Positions 1 through 9,683 are shown, counted from the stretch's first letter. The stretch is DNA of 64,000 bases from a virus (IMGVR_UViG_3300017917_004441:36912-100911), one strand, 5' to 3'. The notes: generated by a model not told the origin, from the letters alone. Numbers and translations: made by a program.

Positions 1-1
1 C

Positions 2-484
2 AAGGCTAAATTATCACAAATTCACCCATCAGGATTTTGGGGTAGTTTTGTTTCGTTAGAAAACCAGTATGTTACAAGCACAACTACGGCCTACTCTATG
101 ACAGCAGATACACAAACCTCAGGTAACGGTGTAATTGTTTCTGCGGATACAAGATTTGTAGTTGAATATGCTGGAACTTATAATGTACAGTTCTCGAGTC
201 AAATTGAATCAACAGGTGGTGGTAATGCACAAACTATGGATATTTGGTTGGCAATAAATGGTGACAATGTACCATATAGTAATACCCAAGTTGTTGGTAA
301 TTCAAATAACGGAAGGAGTGTTGCTGCTTGGAATTTTGTAGAACCGATGAATGCTGGTGACTATTTTGAAATAAAATTCAGAGTAAGTGATATACGTTTA
401 GGTTTTGCATACGACGCAGGTCCTTTTATTAACCCACCGAGACCCGACATACCTTCGGTGATTGTCACAGTAACACAGGTCTAA
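2..484 (+). CDS. 3' part of a fibre/spike-like structural protein with a C1q/BclA-CTD-like beta-sandwich tip (5'-truncated by the window)
   Basis: The frame is open from base 2 (KAKLSQIHPSGFWGSF...) into the listed 98..484 ORF. The pattern 'AGTYNVQFSSQI...DIWLAING...WNFVEPMNAGDYFEI...PSVIVTVTQV' resembles C1q-like tips of phage fibres. Confidence 0.55.
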   Translation, partial: KAKLSQIHPSGFWGSFVSLENQYVTSTTTAYSMTADTQTSGNGVIVSADTRFVVEYAGTYNVQFSSQIESTGGGNAQTMDIWLAINGDNVPYSNTQVVGNSNNGRSVAAWNFVEPMNAGDYFEIKFRVSDIRLGFAYDAGPFINPPRPDIPSVIVTVTQV

Positions 485-552
485 ACAAATATTTTGTATC
501 TTGTTTTTTTTCGACTTCAATAAATTTACTAAAATATAGAAAATGTAATTCT

Positions 553-580
553 AACCCTCCACTTTTACAGAGGGTTTTTT
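553..580 (+). terminator. Possible intrinsic terminator
   Basis: AACCCTC-N10-GAGGGTT followed by a T-run, between the fibre gene and the GT operon. Confidence 0.45.
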
Positions 581-602
581 ATTTTAGTAAAAAACTGTTT
601 TT

Positions 603-1850
603 ATGAAGATATTTGTGCAAATTGCATCTTATAGGGATCCACAACTTATCCCAACAATCAAGAACATGTTGGAAAATGCAAAAAGACCAAAAAATTTGAG
701 AATTGGTATTGCAAGACAATTCCACCCTGAAGATAAATTTGACGATCTATCAGAATTTGAAAATGACAACAGATTCAGAATCTTAAACATTCCATATCAA
801 GAGGCTGAAGGCGTATGTTGGGCAAGAAACTTAGTTCAACAACTTTATCAGGGTGAGGAATATACACTACAGATTGATTCTCACATGAGATTTGCACCCA
901 ATTGGGATGACGAAATGATTAAGATGATCAAACAACTTCAGAAGAAAGGACATGCTAAACCATTGTTGACAGGATACGTATCATCATTTGATCCCGATAA
1001 CGACCCACAGGGTAGAGTTCAGGAACCTTGGAGAATGGTTTTTGATAGATTTATTCCCGAAGGTGCGGTGTTTTTCCTACCTGAAACTATACCTGGTTGG
1101 AGAGATATGAAACAACCTGTACCCGCGAGATTCTATTCAGCTCACTACGCTTTTACATTAGGACAGTTCTCAACAGAAGTTCAACACAATCCTGAATACT
1201 ATTTCCACGGTGAAGAAATTTCTATTTCAGCAAGAGCTTACACATGGGGATATGATTTATTTCACCCACATAAGGTTTTGATTTGGCACGAATACACTAG
1301 AAAAGGTAGAACCAAACAATGGGATGATGATAAAAAGTGGGTTGATAGAAATAACAAATCACACTTGATGAACAGAAAGTTGTTTGGTATGGATGGTTTA
1401 GAACAAGAAGGACATGATGGACTTTATGGATTTGGACCTGAAAGAACTCTACGTGACTATGAAAAGTATGCAGGTCTGTTGTTTGAAAAAAGGGCGGTAC
1501 AACAATATACCTTAGATAAGAACTATCCACCTAACCCTTACAATTACGAGAGCGAAGAAGAATGGAAAAAGAATTTTGCTTCAGTATTCAAACATTGTAT
1601 TGATATCAATTACAGTTCCGTACCTGAAAAGGATTACGAGTTTTGGGTTGTTGCATTCCACGGACCTAACGATGAAACATTGTTCAGAAAGGATGCGGAC
1701 AAGAATGAAATCCAACGTATCATGAACGATCCAGATGGGTATGGTAAAGTTTGGAGAGAATTCCAAACAGAATCTAAACCAACTTATTGGGTTGTATGGC
1801 CATACTCAACATCTAAGGGATGGTGTGAGAGAATTACAGGAAACTTATAA
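603..1850 (+). CDS. GT60-like glycosyltransferase (Skp1/polypeptide alpha-GlcNAc transferase family)
   Basis: N-terminal IFVQIASYRDP, GVCWAR, LQIDSHMRF (DSH metal motif), YFHGEE and WHEY match the Gnt1/GT60 family pattern. Confidence 0.8.
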   Translation: MKIFVQIASYRDPQLIPTIKNMLENAKRPKNLRIGIARQFHPEDKFDDLSEFENDNRFRILNIPYQEAEGVCWARNLVQQLYQGEEYTLQIDSHMRFAPNWDDEMIKMIKQLQKKGHAKPLLTGYVSSFDPDNDPQGRVQEPWRMVFDRFIPEGAVFFLPETIPGWRDMKQPVPARFYSAHYAFTLGQFSTEVQHNPEYYFHGEEISISARAYTWGYDLFHPHKVLIWHEYTRKGRTKQWDDDKKWVDRNNKSHLMNRKLFGMDGLEQEGHDGLYGFGPERTLRDYEKYAGLLFEKRAVQQYTLDKNYPPNPYNYESEEEWKKNFASVFKHCIDINYSSVPEKDYEFWVVAFHGPNDETLFRKDADKNEIQRIMNDPDGYGKVWREFQTESKPTYWVVWPYSTSKGWCERITGNL

Positions 1851-1852
1851 AA

Positions 1853-2563
1853 ATGGTTACATTTGATGGTAAAAAAATTGCGGACATTGGTTATTTTATC
1901 AATTTGGATGAAAGAACCGATAGACGTGAAAAGTTAGAATCACAACTTACTAAATTTAACATTCAGGGTGTAGAAAGGGTCTCAGCAAATAAAACTACCG
2001 ATTCAGGACCAACAAACTGTAAAAGAAGTCACTTTGACTTGTTACAGAAATTAGTTGATTCAGAACATGAGACCTTATTGGTTTTGGAGGATGATTGTTT
2101 GTTTTTGGATTTTCTATTGGAAGAATCTGATGAAATTTTTGATAACATCAACAAAACTCAATGGGATCTATTTTGGTTGGGTTGTAGAAACAGAAGAACT
2201 CCCTTACTGAAAGAAAATAATTGTTATACGGTTTCTTCAGTTTCCCACGCACAGTCTTATTTGATCAAAAAAGATTTTGCTAAACACATCTTGGAAAGAT
2301 ATCCAATATACCCCCACGATAATCATAACAACGTTCCGATTGATGAATTGTTGACTCTGTGTGTTTATGGATACGATGTTGTTGCCAATCCAAATAGTGT
2401 GAATTTTTACAATTTAGATCAACCTTTGGATGTTCTACCAACACATTACACCGCACTTTGTTATGAGAAGTCTCTAACGACCCAATACTCCTCATATAGT
2501 AATCTTTGGCATTACGAAACCCATTGGGAGGAGTATATAATCAAATCGTTCCCTAAGTGGTAA
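1853..2563 (+). CDS. GT25-family glycosyltransferase
   Basis: YFINLDERTDRR, CKRSH, LVLEDD, WDLFWLG and HAQSYLI are GT25 motifs. Confidence 0.8.
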   Translation: MVTFDGKKIADIGYFINLDERTDRREKLESQLTKFNIQGVERVSANKTTDSGPTNCKRSHFDLLQKLVDSEHETLLVLEDDCLFLDFLLEESDEIFDNINKTQWDLFWLGCRNRRTPLLKENNCYTVSSVSHAQSYLIKKDFAKHILERYPIYPHDNHNNVPIDELLTLCVYGYDVVANPNSVNFYNLDQPLDVLPTHYTALCYEKSLTTQYSSYSNLWHYETHWEEYIIKSFPKW

Positions 2564-2566
2564 AGT

Positions 2567-3304
2567 ATGAAATTAGTTAGTGTTACTTGGTCTTATGGAG
2601 ATGAATCTAATGTGAAGGATACTATCCTTTATAAAAGTTTTATCAAACACAATGATGAGAGTGATTTTGTGAATATTCACTTCAACAGATCAAAATATGC
2701 GGAATTGGAAAGTGAATTTCAATCTAAATTCGGATATCAATATGAGTTTCTATTGTATAGAATCTTTTTATTATCAGATTGGGTAAAATTGATAGATGAT
2801 GATGTTCTGATTTTTTCTGATACCACTGATGTTGTTTGTCTTGGTAAGTTGAGTGACATTGAATTTAATGGCGGTATTGTTTTCTCAGCCGAGAGACATC
2901 AATATCCAAATGACATTTCAAGTTGGGGACCAGTCAATCGTTACCCACAGGAGAATTTGGATAAGTCTAACTTCCTAAATGCGGGTCTTCAGATCTCTGA
3001 AAAAGGTTTATATTTGGAACTTCTAAGGTCTGTCATTGAGAACGTATTTCCTTTGGAATACAAAACATTTGGTGGTGATCAAGGTGTTTATATCTACTAT
3101 CTTATCAATGAAATTTCACCAAAAATTACTTTAGATATAGACCGTAAAGTGTTTGTTAGTACTTATCTAACAAGCCCTGATTGGTATAGAGTAGAGAATG
3201 AGAAATTATTATATAATCCCACAAACTCACACCCACTTTTTGTTCATGATAATGGTTGGAATTATGGAAGTCCTAAAATAATTGAGAGATATAGATTGAT
3301 ATGA
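2567..3304 (+). CDS. PLOD/LH3 glycosyltransferase-domain-like protein
   Basis: VLIFSDTTDVV, IVFSAE, FLNAG, GDQG and PLFVHDNG follow the LH3 GT-domain pattern (FTDxYDV / FSAE / LNSG / DDQ / HGNG). Confidence 0.7.
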   Translation: MKLVSVTWSYGDESNVKDTILYKSFIKHNDESDFVNIHFNRSKYAELESEFQSKFGYQYEFLLYRIFLLSDWVKLIDDDVLIFSDTTDVVCLGKLSDIEFNGGIVFSAERHQYPNDISSWGPVNRYPQENLDKSNFLNAGLQISEKGLYLELLRSVIENVFPLEYKTFGGDQGVYIYYLINEISPKITLDIDRKVFVSTYLTSPDWYRVENEKLLYNPTNSHPLFVHDNGWNYGSPKIIERYRLI

Positions 3305-4032
3305 AAAATGCTATAATTTCCACCTATTATTGTCTTGGTTGTCAAGAACCCTCAAAGGATGAATGTAGATCACGATTTGCATATGATGTTGATGATAACG
3401 ACTTCTATTTGAACTTCAGTAATGATTTCAATCCGTTTGATTTTTCCAACATATCTAATGTTGGTGTGAGTAAACGGAAGGATCTTGTATTCGGTAAGAT
3501 ATTCCGATTGAAAACTTTTATGGAAGAAAATATCTTGGGTAAGTACGATAATATTCTTCACATAGACTATTCAGATACGAAGTTTGCAAGGAGTAGTACG
3601 GAGTTGTTTGAGGACTTTATCAAGACAGGTAAAGATATTGTTATATCAACCGAAAAAAACTGTTGGCCATATCTTCACGCAGTATCAAACTGGTTTGGCA
3701 CTGAATTACCTCAGAAAGAATTTTTCTATGTAAATTCAGGAGCCGTTATATCCAAGACAGAAAAGTTTTACGAAATAATAAAAGAACTTGAATGGATATG
3801 TTTGAATTCTAACATAGACTTTTGGGACGACCAAGGTGTTTGGCAATATTACAACATAAAAGAAAATAACCTCAGTAAGGACCTCAACTCAGAATATTTC
3901 TTTTCAACCGCTGAGTTGGATGAGACTTACTATAAATTTGAAGACGGAGTTATCACTACAAAGTTCGGTACTCAACCTTACTTGATTCATGATAATTCAA
4001 GTTTTTCACTAAACCTAATAAGAAAAATTTAA
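3301..4032 (+). CDS. Second PLOD/LH3 glycosyltransferase-domain-like protein
   Basis: HIDYSD, IVISTEKNCWP, YVNSG, DDQG and PYLIHDN; likely paralog of the preceding gene, with an ATGA overlap. Confidence 0.7.
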   Translation: MKNAIISTYYCLGCQEPSKDECRSRFAYDVDDNDFYLNFSNDFNPFDFSNISNVGVSKRKDLVFGKIFRLKTFMEENILGKYDNILHIDYSDTKFARSSTELFEDFIKTGKDIVISTEKNCWPYLHAVSNWFGTELPQKEFFYVNSGAVISKTEKFYEIIKELEWICLNSNIDFWDDQGVWQYYNIKENNLSKDLNSEYFFSTAELDETYYKFEDGVITTKFGTQPYLIHDNSSFSLNLIRKI

Positions 4033-4033
4033 G

Positions 4034-4642
4034 ATGAGTGTTTCGGGACATTTTGTTTATAAGGGATTGACTATCATGCAACATCCCAACGTAGAGAAAG
4101 CTTTTGAGGAGCTTTTGATTGATCTAAAACCAACAAAAGTGTTGGAAATCGGTACTTCATCAGGAGGACTTACCCTGATGATTAGAGACATTTTGGATAG
4201 AGTTGGTCTATCAGAAACTCGTTTGGTTACCTATGACGTGTATGAACCACAATATCTGAGATATCATGTAAATGATGGTGCAAATATTGAAATCAAAGTA
4301 GAAAACGTATTCAATCACCAATATTCTGACTTGGAGAACGGTCAAGAAATAATTGATTTCATTACTTCAGAGGGAACAACTTTGGTTTTGTGTGATGGTG
4401 GAAGTAAGAAAAACGAATTCAGAATCTTGTCCAACTTCTTGAAAGTCGGTGATGTAATTATGGCTCACGACTATTCTCCTAACGAACCATATTTTAGAGA
4501 GTTTGTTCATGACACTATTTGGAGTTGGTTGGAAATCCAAGACAGTGATATTGAAGCACCCTGTCAACTCAATAATTTGGAAGGATACTTTGAAGAAACG
4601 TTTAAGAATGTCGTATGGGCATGTAGAAAAAAAATGAAATAA
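4034..4642 (+). CDS. SAM-dependent O-methyltransferase (CmcI/Methyltransf_24-like)
   Basis: KPTKVLEIGTSSGG (SAM motif I), VTYD, LCDGG and GDVIMAHD. Confidence 0.7.
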   Translation: MSVSGHFVYKGLTIMQHPNVEKAFEELLIDLKPTKVLEIGTSSGGLTLMIRDILDRVGLSETRLVTYDVYEPQYLRYHVNDGANIEIKVENVFNHQYSDLENGQEIIDFITSEGTTLVLCDGGSKKNEFRILSNFLKVGDVIMAHDYSPNEPYFREFVHDTIWSWLEIQDSDIEAPCQLNNLEGYFEETFKNVVWACRKKMK

Positions 4643-4643
4643 A

Positions 4644-6314
4644 ATGAAAGTTACTTTTGTTACAGGTCTTTGGAATATAAAACGTGATACCTTAGGTGAA
4701 GGTTGGTCAAGGTCATTTGAACATTATTTACAGAAGTTTGAACAACTGTTACAGGCGGATGTGAACTTAATAATTTTCGGTGAAAGTGATTTAGAAGAAT
4801 TCGTTTGGAATCGTCGCAGCCGAGAGAACACTCAATTTATCGTAAGAGATCAAAGTTGGTTCAAATCGGAGTTTTATGACAAGATTCAATCCATAAGGAC
4901 TAACCCTGATTGGTACGGACAAGTAGGATGGTTATCCGAATCAACACAAGCAAAACTTGAGATGTATAATCCTTTGGTGATGTCCAAAGTGTACTTACTA
5001 CATGATGCGAAGTTGATGGATCAATTCAATTCTGACTATATGTTTTGGATTGATGCTGGTCTAACTAACACGGTACACCCAGGTTATTTCACTCACGATA
5101 AAGTGCAGGAAAAATTACCAAAGTATTTTGAAAAATTATCTTTCATTTGTTTTCCTTATGAAGCCAACACTGAGATACACGGATTCAACTTTGCCAAAAT
5201 AAATCAACTTGCCGGGTCAAAAGTGGATATGGTGGCTCGTGGTGGGTTTTTCGGAGGTCCAAAACACGCAATATCAGATCTCAACAGTCTCTATTACAAC
5301 CTTATGAGTTCTACTTTGAACTCAAATTTGATGGGAACCGAGGAATCTTTGTTTACGATCCTGTGTTACAAACACCCTGATCTAATCAATTATTTTGAAA
5401 TTGAATATAATGGTTTGGTCGGTAAGTTTTTTGAAGATTTGAAAAACGAGACCTTGGTGAAAAAATCAAAAGCGCCCGTACAACCCAAAAATACAAATTT
5501 GGATACCAATAACACGGCATTGTATGTAATAACCTTCAATAGTCCAAAACAATTTGAAACATTGATCACTTCAATGTTGGAGTATGATGATGATTTTATC
5601 AACAAACCAAAGAAATTTTTGCTGGATAATTCATCAGATCTCTCAACTACTGAAAAATATAAAGAACTTTGTGATCAACATGGGTTTGAACATATCAAAA
5701 AGGATAATTTGGGAATTTGTGGAGGTAGACAATGGATTGCCGAACATGCTGATGAAAATAACTTTGATTTTTATTGGTTCTTTGAAGATGATATGTTCTT
5801 TTACCCTAAAGAAGGTTCTGTATGTAAAAACGGATTCAATAGATATGTGAAGGGATTATATAAAATTTCTATAGAAATTGCCAAGAATAATAACTTTGAT
5901 TTCTTGAAGTTGAATTATACCGAATTCTTTGGTGATAACGGTACACAATGGTCTTGGTACAACGTTCCACAATCATTCAGGGAAACAAGATGGCCCGAAA
6001 AGAGTCAATTACCTGTACACGGACAAGATCCAAATGCTCCGAGAACTCTGTTCAAGAACATCAGAAGTTATAAAGGTGTACCATTTATAAGTGGTGAAAT
6101 TTATTACTGTAACTGGCCTCAGGTGGTCACCAAAGAGGGAAATGTAAAAATGTTTCTTACTGAGAAGTGGGCGCATCCATTTGAACAGACTTGGATGAGT
6201 TACATGTATCAAGAAACAGTTGCGGGTAACTTGAACCCTGGTATGTTACTTATGACACCAACAGAACACGATAGATTTGAATTTTATGATGGTAAATTGA
6301 GAAAAGAATCCTAA
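4644..6314 (+). CDS. HtrL/YibB-like glycosyltransferase fused to a C-terminal GT-A-like domain
   Basis: N-domain VTFVTGLWNI...YNPLVMSK...FWIDAG...GGFFGG...GTEE is HtrL-like. C-domain LYVITFN...LLDNSS...NLGICGGR...FFEDD is GT-A-like. Confidence 0.7.
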   Translation: MKVTFVTGLWNIKRDTLGEGWSRSFEHYLQKFEQLLQADVNLIIFGESDLEEFVWNRRSRENTQFIVRDQSWFKSEFYDKIQSIRTNPDWYGQVGWLSESTQAKLEMYNPLVMSKVYLLHDAKLMDQFNSDYMFWIDAGLTNTVHPGYFTHDKVQEKLPKYFEKLSFICFPYEANTEIHGFNFAKINQLAGSKVDMVARGGFFGGPKHAISDLNSLYYNLMSSTLNSNLMGTEESLFTILCYKHPDLINYFEIEYNGLVGKFFEDLKNETLVKKSKAPVQPKNTNLDTNNTALYVITFNSPKQFETLITSMLEYDDDFINKPKKFLLDNSSDLSTTEKYKELCDQHGFEHIKKDNLGICGGRQWIAEHADENNFDFYWFFEDDMFFYPKEGSVCKNGFNRYVKGLYKISIEIAKNNNFDFLKLNYTEFFGDNGTQWSWYNVPQSFRETRWPEKSQLPVHGQDPNAPRTLFKNIRSYKGVPFISGEIYYCNWPQVVTKEGNVKMFLTEKWAHPFEQTWMSYMYQETVAGNLNPGMLLMTPTEHDRFEFYDGKLRKES

Positions 6315-6318
6315 CGGG

Positions 6319-6326
6319 TATTTATA
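6319..6326 (+). promoter_or_regulatory. TATTTATA putative late-promoter motif
   Basis: 14 nt upstream of the ATG at 6341; recurs before many structural genes. Confidence 0.6.
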
Positions 6327-6340
6327 ATAAAATACTATCT

Positions 6341-6742
6341 ATGGATTTTTTCATCAAAAAAAATGCGACCTTACCTCTACTGAAGATGCAAGTAGTGCAA
6401 GACGGTAGAAGTGAGTATCAATCATTTATGGAATCGTTGGCAGATGCTACAATTTCATTCACTATGATAAATGAGGCGACAGGTATCCCCAAGATCGTTT
6501 CTAAACCCGCATACATTGTTGAACTCATCGGACTTGATCCAAATGCTTTACCCGAATATTACGTATATTACAGATTCACCAAAAGAGATACCAACACGGT
6601 TGGTAGGTATGTTGGTCAATTTTTGATCAAATACAATCAAGCATTGTTGGGTGGTCCACAAGGGGATTTGATAGTACCCCTAAGGGATGAACTTTTCATC
6701 AATATCCAAGAAAGTTTCATATCTGATTCACCCTGTTGTTGA
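6341..6742 (+). CDS. BppU N-terminal-like (baseplate upper protein) structural protein
   Basis: FFIKKNATLP...ISFTM...YRFTKRDTNTVGRYVGQFLI...LIVP pattern resembles BppU_N Ig-like domains. Confidence 0.5.
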   Translation: MDFFIKKNATLPLLKMQVVQDGRSEYQSFMESLADATISFTMINEATGIPKIVSKPAYIVELIGLDPNALPEYYVYYRFTKRDTNTVGRYVGQFLIKYNQALLGGPQGDLIVPLRDELFINIQESFISDSPCC

Positions 6743-6771
6743 CGGGACTATCCCAAACTTGTATATTTATA
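6739..6771 (+). promoter_or_regulatory. sigma70-like promoter TTGACG-N17-TATATT overlapping a TATTTATA motif
   Basis: -35 at 6739-6744, -10 at 6762-6767, TATTTATA at 6764-6771; upstream of the DNA polymerase. Confidence 0.65.
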
Positions 6772-6839
6772 GTTGAATGAGGAAGACTAATTCCACACTA
6801 CGTGGAAGAGAATGTGTCACTCGGTAAATTATACATACA

Positions 6840-9683
6840 ATGATCACAAACGAAGAAATTGAAACGTTTTTACAGGGCAATGACCCCGAAGAGTTTATAG
6901 TCGCAATAGAATTTGACTACGTAACAGACTCAATATATAAAATCAAAGAAATTCCTGGTAAAGGTAAGGCAATCATCAAAGATCACTTTGTACCATTCGC
7001 ATGGGTGGGTGATCTACGTGGTTTGAATTTTTACAATGGTTCCAAATTGGAACAGAAAGCCGCAATGTCAAAACATAAGATTGTCATTGAGAAGTTGGAA
7101 ACTCACGGTAACGAACGATTAGAGAATGGTTTGACCTATTTGGTAAAGTGTTTAGCAGGTTATAGAGCACTCACTCAATTTTTCCGTGAAGGTGGAATTG
7201 ATCCTTGGGGTGATAAAGTCCGTGACTTATTTCTCATGTTACCACCCGTAGAACAATATCTCATTCAAAAAGAAAAACGACTTTTCAAAGGTTATGAAGA
7301 ATACAATGATATAACCCGATTTGTATTTGACTTGGAGACCACTTCGTTAGAACCCAAAGATGGTAGAATCTTCATGATTGGAATGAAAACTAATACAGGT
7401 TTTCACGAAGTTATTGAATGTGATACTGAAGAGAAAGAACGTATTGGTCTAATCAAGTTTTTTGACACAATTGATCATTTGAAACCATCTATTATCGGTG
7501 GTTATAACTCATTCAACTTTGACTGGTACTGGATTTTTGAACGATGTAAAGCACTTGGATTGGACGTGAAGAAGATATGTAAGTCACTCAATCCACAGAG
7601 AACTATTACACAGAAGGAACAAATGCTCAAACTTGCTAACGAAGTTGAGAAGTATCCACAGGTTTCTATTTGGGGATATAACGTTATTGATATTCTCCAT
7701 TCAGTAAGACGTGCACAGGCAATCAACTCCAACATCAAGAGTGCTGGTTTGAAATACATTACCCAATATCTTGAGATTGAAGACAATAACCGTATCTACA
7801 TTGATCACACAGATATTGGTCCTTTCTATGCCAACAAAGAAGAGTTTTGGTTGAATACTGAAAACGGTAAATATAAAAAGGCCGATAATCCCAAGTTTGT
7901 TGACCTTGATAAGAGATTTCCAAACGTATATGAAAAGGTTACAGGTGATAAGTTAGTTGAGATGTATCTTGACGATGACTTGGAGGAAACCCTCAAAGTA
8001 GACGATGAGTTCAACCAAGGTTCGTTCCTATTGGCTTCGTTAGTTCCAACAACATATGAACGAGTAAGTACGATGGGTACCGCAACTTTGTGGAAAATGA
8101 TTATGTTGGCATGGTCTTACAAACACAATTTGGCTATTCCCGCTAAGGAAACAAAAACAGATTTCGTAGGAGGTCTTTCTCGTCTAATCAAGGTAGGTTA
8201 CTCAACCAATGTATTGAAGTTGGACTTCTCTTCTCTGTATCCATCTATTCAGTTGGTTCACGATGTATTCCCAACCTGTGATGTAACAGGTGCAATGAAG
8301 GGATTACTTAAGTATTTCCGTGACACACGTATTTTGTACAAACAATTAGCTGAGGAGTTTTCTGAATCCGACCCCAAAAAGTCTAAGTCATACGATAGAA
8401 AACAATTACCTATTAAGATCTTCATCAACTCCATGTTCGGTGCATTATCGGCTCCACAGGTATATCATTGGGGTGATATGTATATGGGTGAACAAATTAC
8501 CTGTACGGGACGACAATATCTTCGTCAGATGATTTCATTCTTTATGAGTAGAGGATATGAACCTTTAGTTATGGATACGGACGGTGTCAACTTCTCAGCA
8601 CCTAAGGATGTTGAGAACCGAAAGTATATCGGACGTGGTTTGAACTGGAAGGTAAAAGAAGGTAAGGAATACACAGGTGCTGCTGCCGATATTGCTGAAT
8701 ACAATGACATCTTTATGAGGGGTGAGATGGCTTTGGATAATGATGGTGTATGGCCATCATGTATCAACTTGGCTCGTAAAAACTATGCTCTTATGACTGA
8801 CTCAGGTAAAATCAAGTTGGTTGGTAATACAATCAAATCAAAGAAGTTACCTGGTTATATTGAAGATTTCCTTGATAAGGGTATCAAGATGTTGTTGAAA
8901 GGTCAGGGTAAGGAATTCGTAGAATACTACTACGAATATTTGGAGAAAATTTACGATCAACAGATTCCACTTATCAAGATTGCTCAAAGAGCCAAGGTAA
9001 AACAAAGTTTGGAGGAGTATAAACTAAGATGTACTCAAAAGACAAAGTCAGGTTCTTTGATGGCAAGACAAGCTCACATGGAACTTGCAATCCAACACAA
9101 CTTGGCAGTAAACTTGGGTGATATCATCATGTATGTAAATAACGGTGAGAAAGCATCACACGGTGATGTTCAAAAAGTACCAGCAAAGAAATACAGTGAA
9201 CTCCAAAGAGAAAGACATTTCAAAAAGACCGGTGAAGTACTAGAGGATACTGAATCAAGAATCCAACTGAATTGTTATTTGTTGAATCAAAGTGAACTTG
9301 AAACAAACCCTGATATGACAGGTGATTACAACGTGGCAAGGGCAATCTCAACATTCAACAAACGAATTGAACCACTTATGGTTGTTTTCCAAGATGAGGT
9401 TAGAGGTAACTTACTTGTAGATAATCCTGAAAAACGAGGTATTTTCACATCAAAACAGTGTGAGTTGATCAACGGACATCCATTGTCAGATGGTGACCAA
9501 GATGATTTGGGAGATGTACTTACGGTGTCTGACCAAGAATTGAACTATTGGGGAAGACGAGGTCTAAATCCGACTTATATGTATGATATTGCTGAAGAAG
9601 GTTGGGAAAATAAGGTAACCCAATTACCAAATTTTCAATCCATCAGAGGAGAGGATGTACCAACCCTTGTTGATGCTGACTAA
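6840..9683 (+). CDS. polB: Family B DNA polymerase with 3'-5' exonuclease
   Basis: ExoI FDLET, ExoII GYNSFNFD, ExoIII YLDDD, motif A DFSSLYPS, motif B KIFINSMFG, motif C MDTDG. Confidence 0.95.
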   Translation: MITNEEIETFLQGNDPEEFIVAIEFDYVTDSIYKIKEIPGKGKAIIKDHFVPFAWVGDLRGLNFYNGSKLEQKAAMSKHKIVIEKLETHGNERLENGLTYLVKCLAGYRALTQFFREGGIDPWGDKVRDLFLMLPPVEQYLIQKEKRLFKGYEEYNDITRFVFDLETTSLEPKDGRIFMIGMKTNTGFHEVIECDTEEKERIGLIKFFDTIDHLKPSIIGGYNSFNFDWYWIFERCKALGLDVKKICKSLNPQRTITQKEQMLKLANEVEKYPQVSIWGYNVIDILHSVRRAQAINSNIKSAGLKYITQYLEIEDNNRIYIDHTDIGPFYANKEEFWLNTENGKYKKADNPKFVDLDKRFPNVYEKVTGDKLVEMYLDDDLEETLKVDDEFNQGSFLLASLVPTTYERVSTMGTATLWKMIMLAWSYKHNLAIPAKETKTDFVGGLSRLIKVGYSTNVLKLDFSSLYPSIQLVHDVFPTCDVTGAMKGLLKYFRDTRILYKQLAEEFSESDPKKSKSYDRKQLPIKIFINSMFGALSAPQVYHWGDMYMGEQITCTGRQYLRQMISFFMSRGYEPLVMDTDGVNFSAPKDVENRKYIGRGLNWKVKEGKEYTGAAADIAEYNDIFMRGEMALDNDGVWPSCINLARKNYALMTDSGKIKLVGNTIKSKKLPGYIEDFLDKGIKMLLKGQGKEFVEYYYEYLEKIYDQQIPLIKIAQRAKVKQSLEEYKLRCTQKTKSGSLMARQAHMELAIQHNLAVNLGDIIMYVNNGEKASHGDVQKVPAKKYSELQRERHFKKTGEVLEDTESRIQLNCYLLNQSELETNPDMTGDYNVARAISTFNKRIEPLMVVFQDEVRGNLLVDNPEKRGIFTSKQCELINGHPLSDGDQDDLGDVLTVSDQELNYWGRRGLNPTYMYDIAEEGWENKVTQLPNFQSIRGEDVPTLVDAD

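Noticed and set aside
603-6314. Host LPS/capsule locus or DNA hypermodification cluster
   Set aside because: There are no flippase, polymerase, nucleotide-sugar synthesis or base-hydroxymethylase genes, and the flanks are phage structural genes. DNA or LPS substrates are disfavoured but not excluded.
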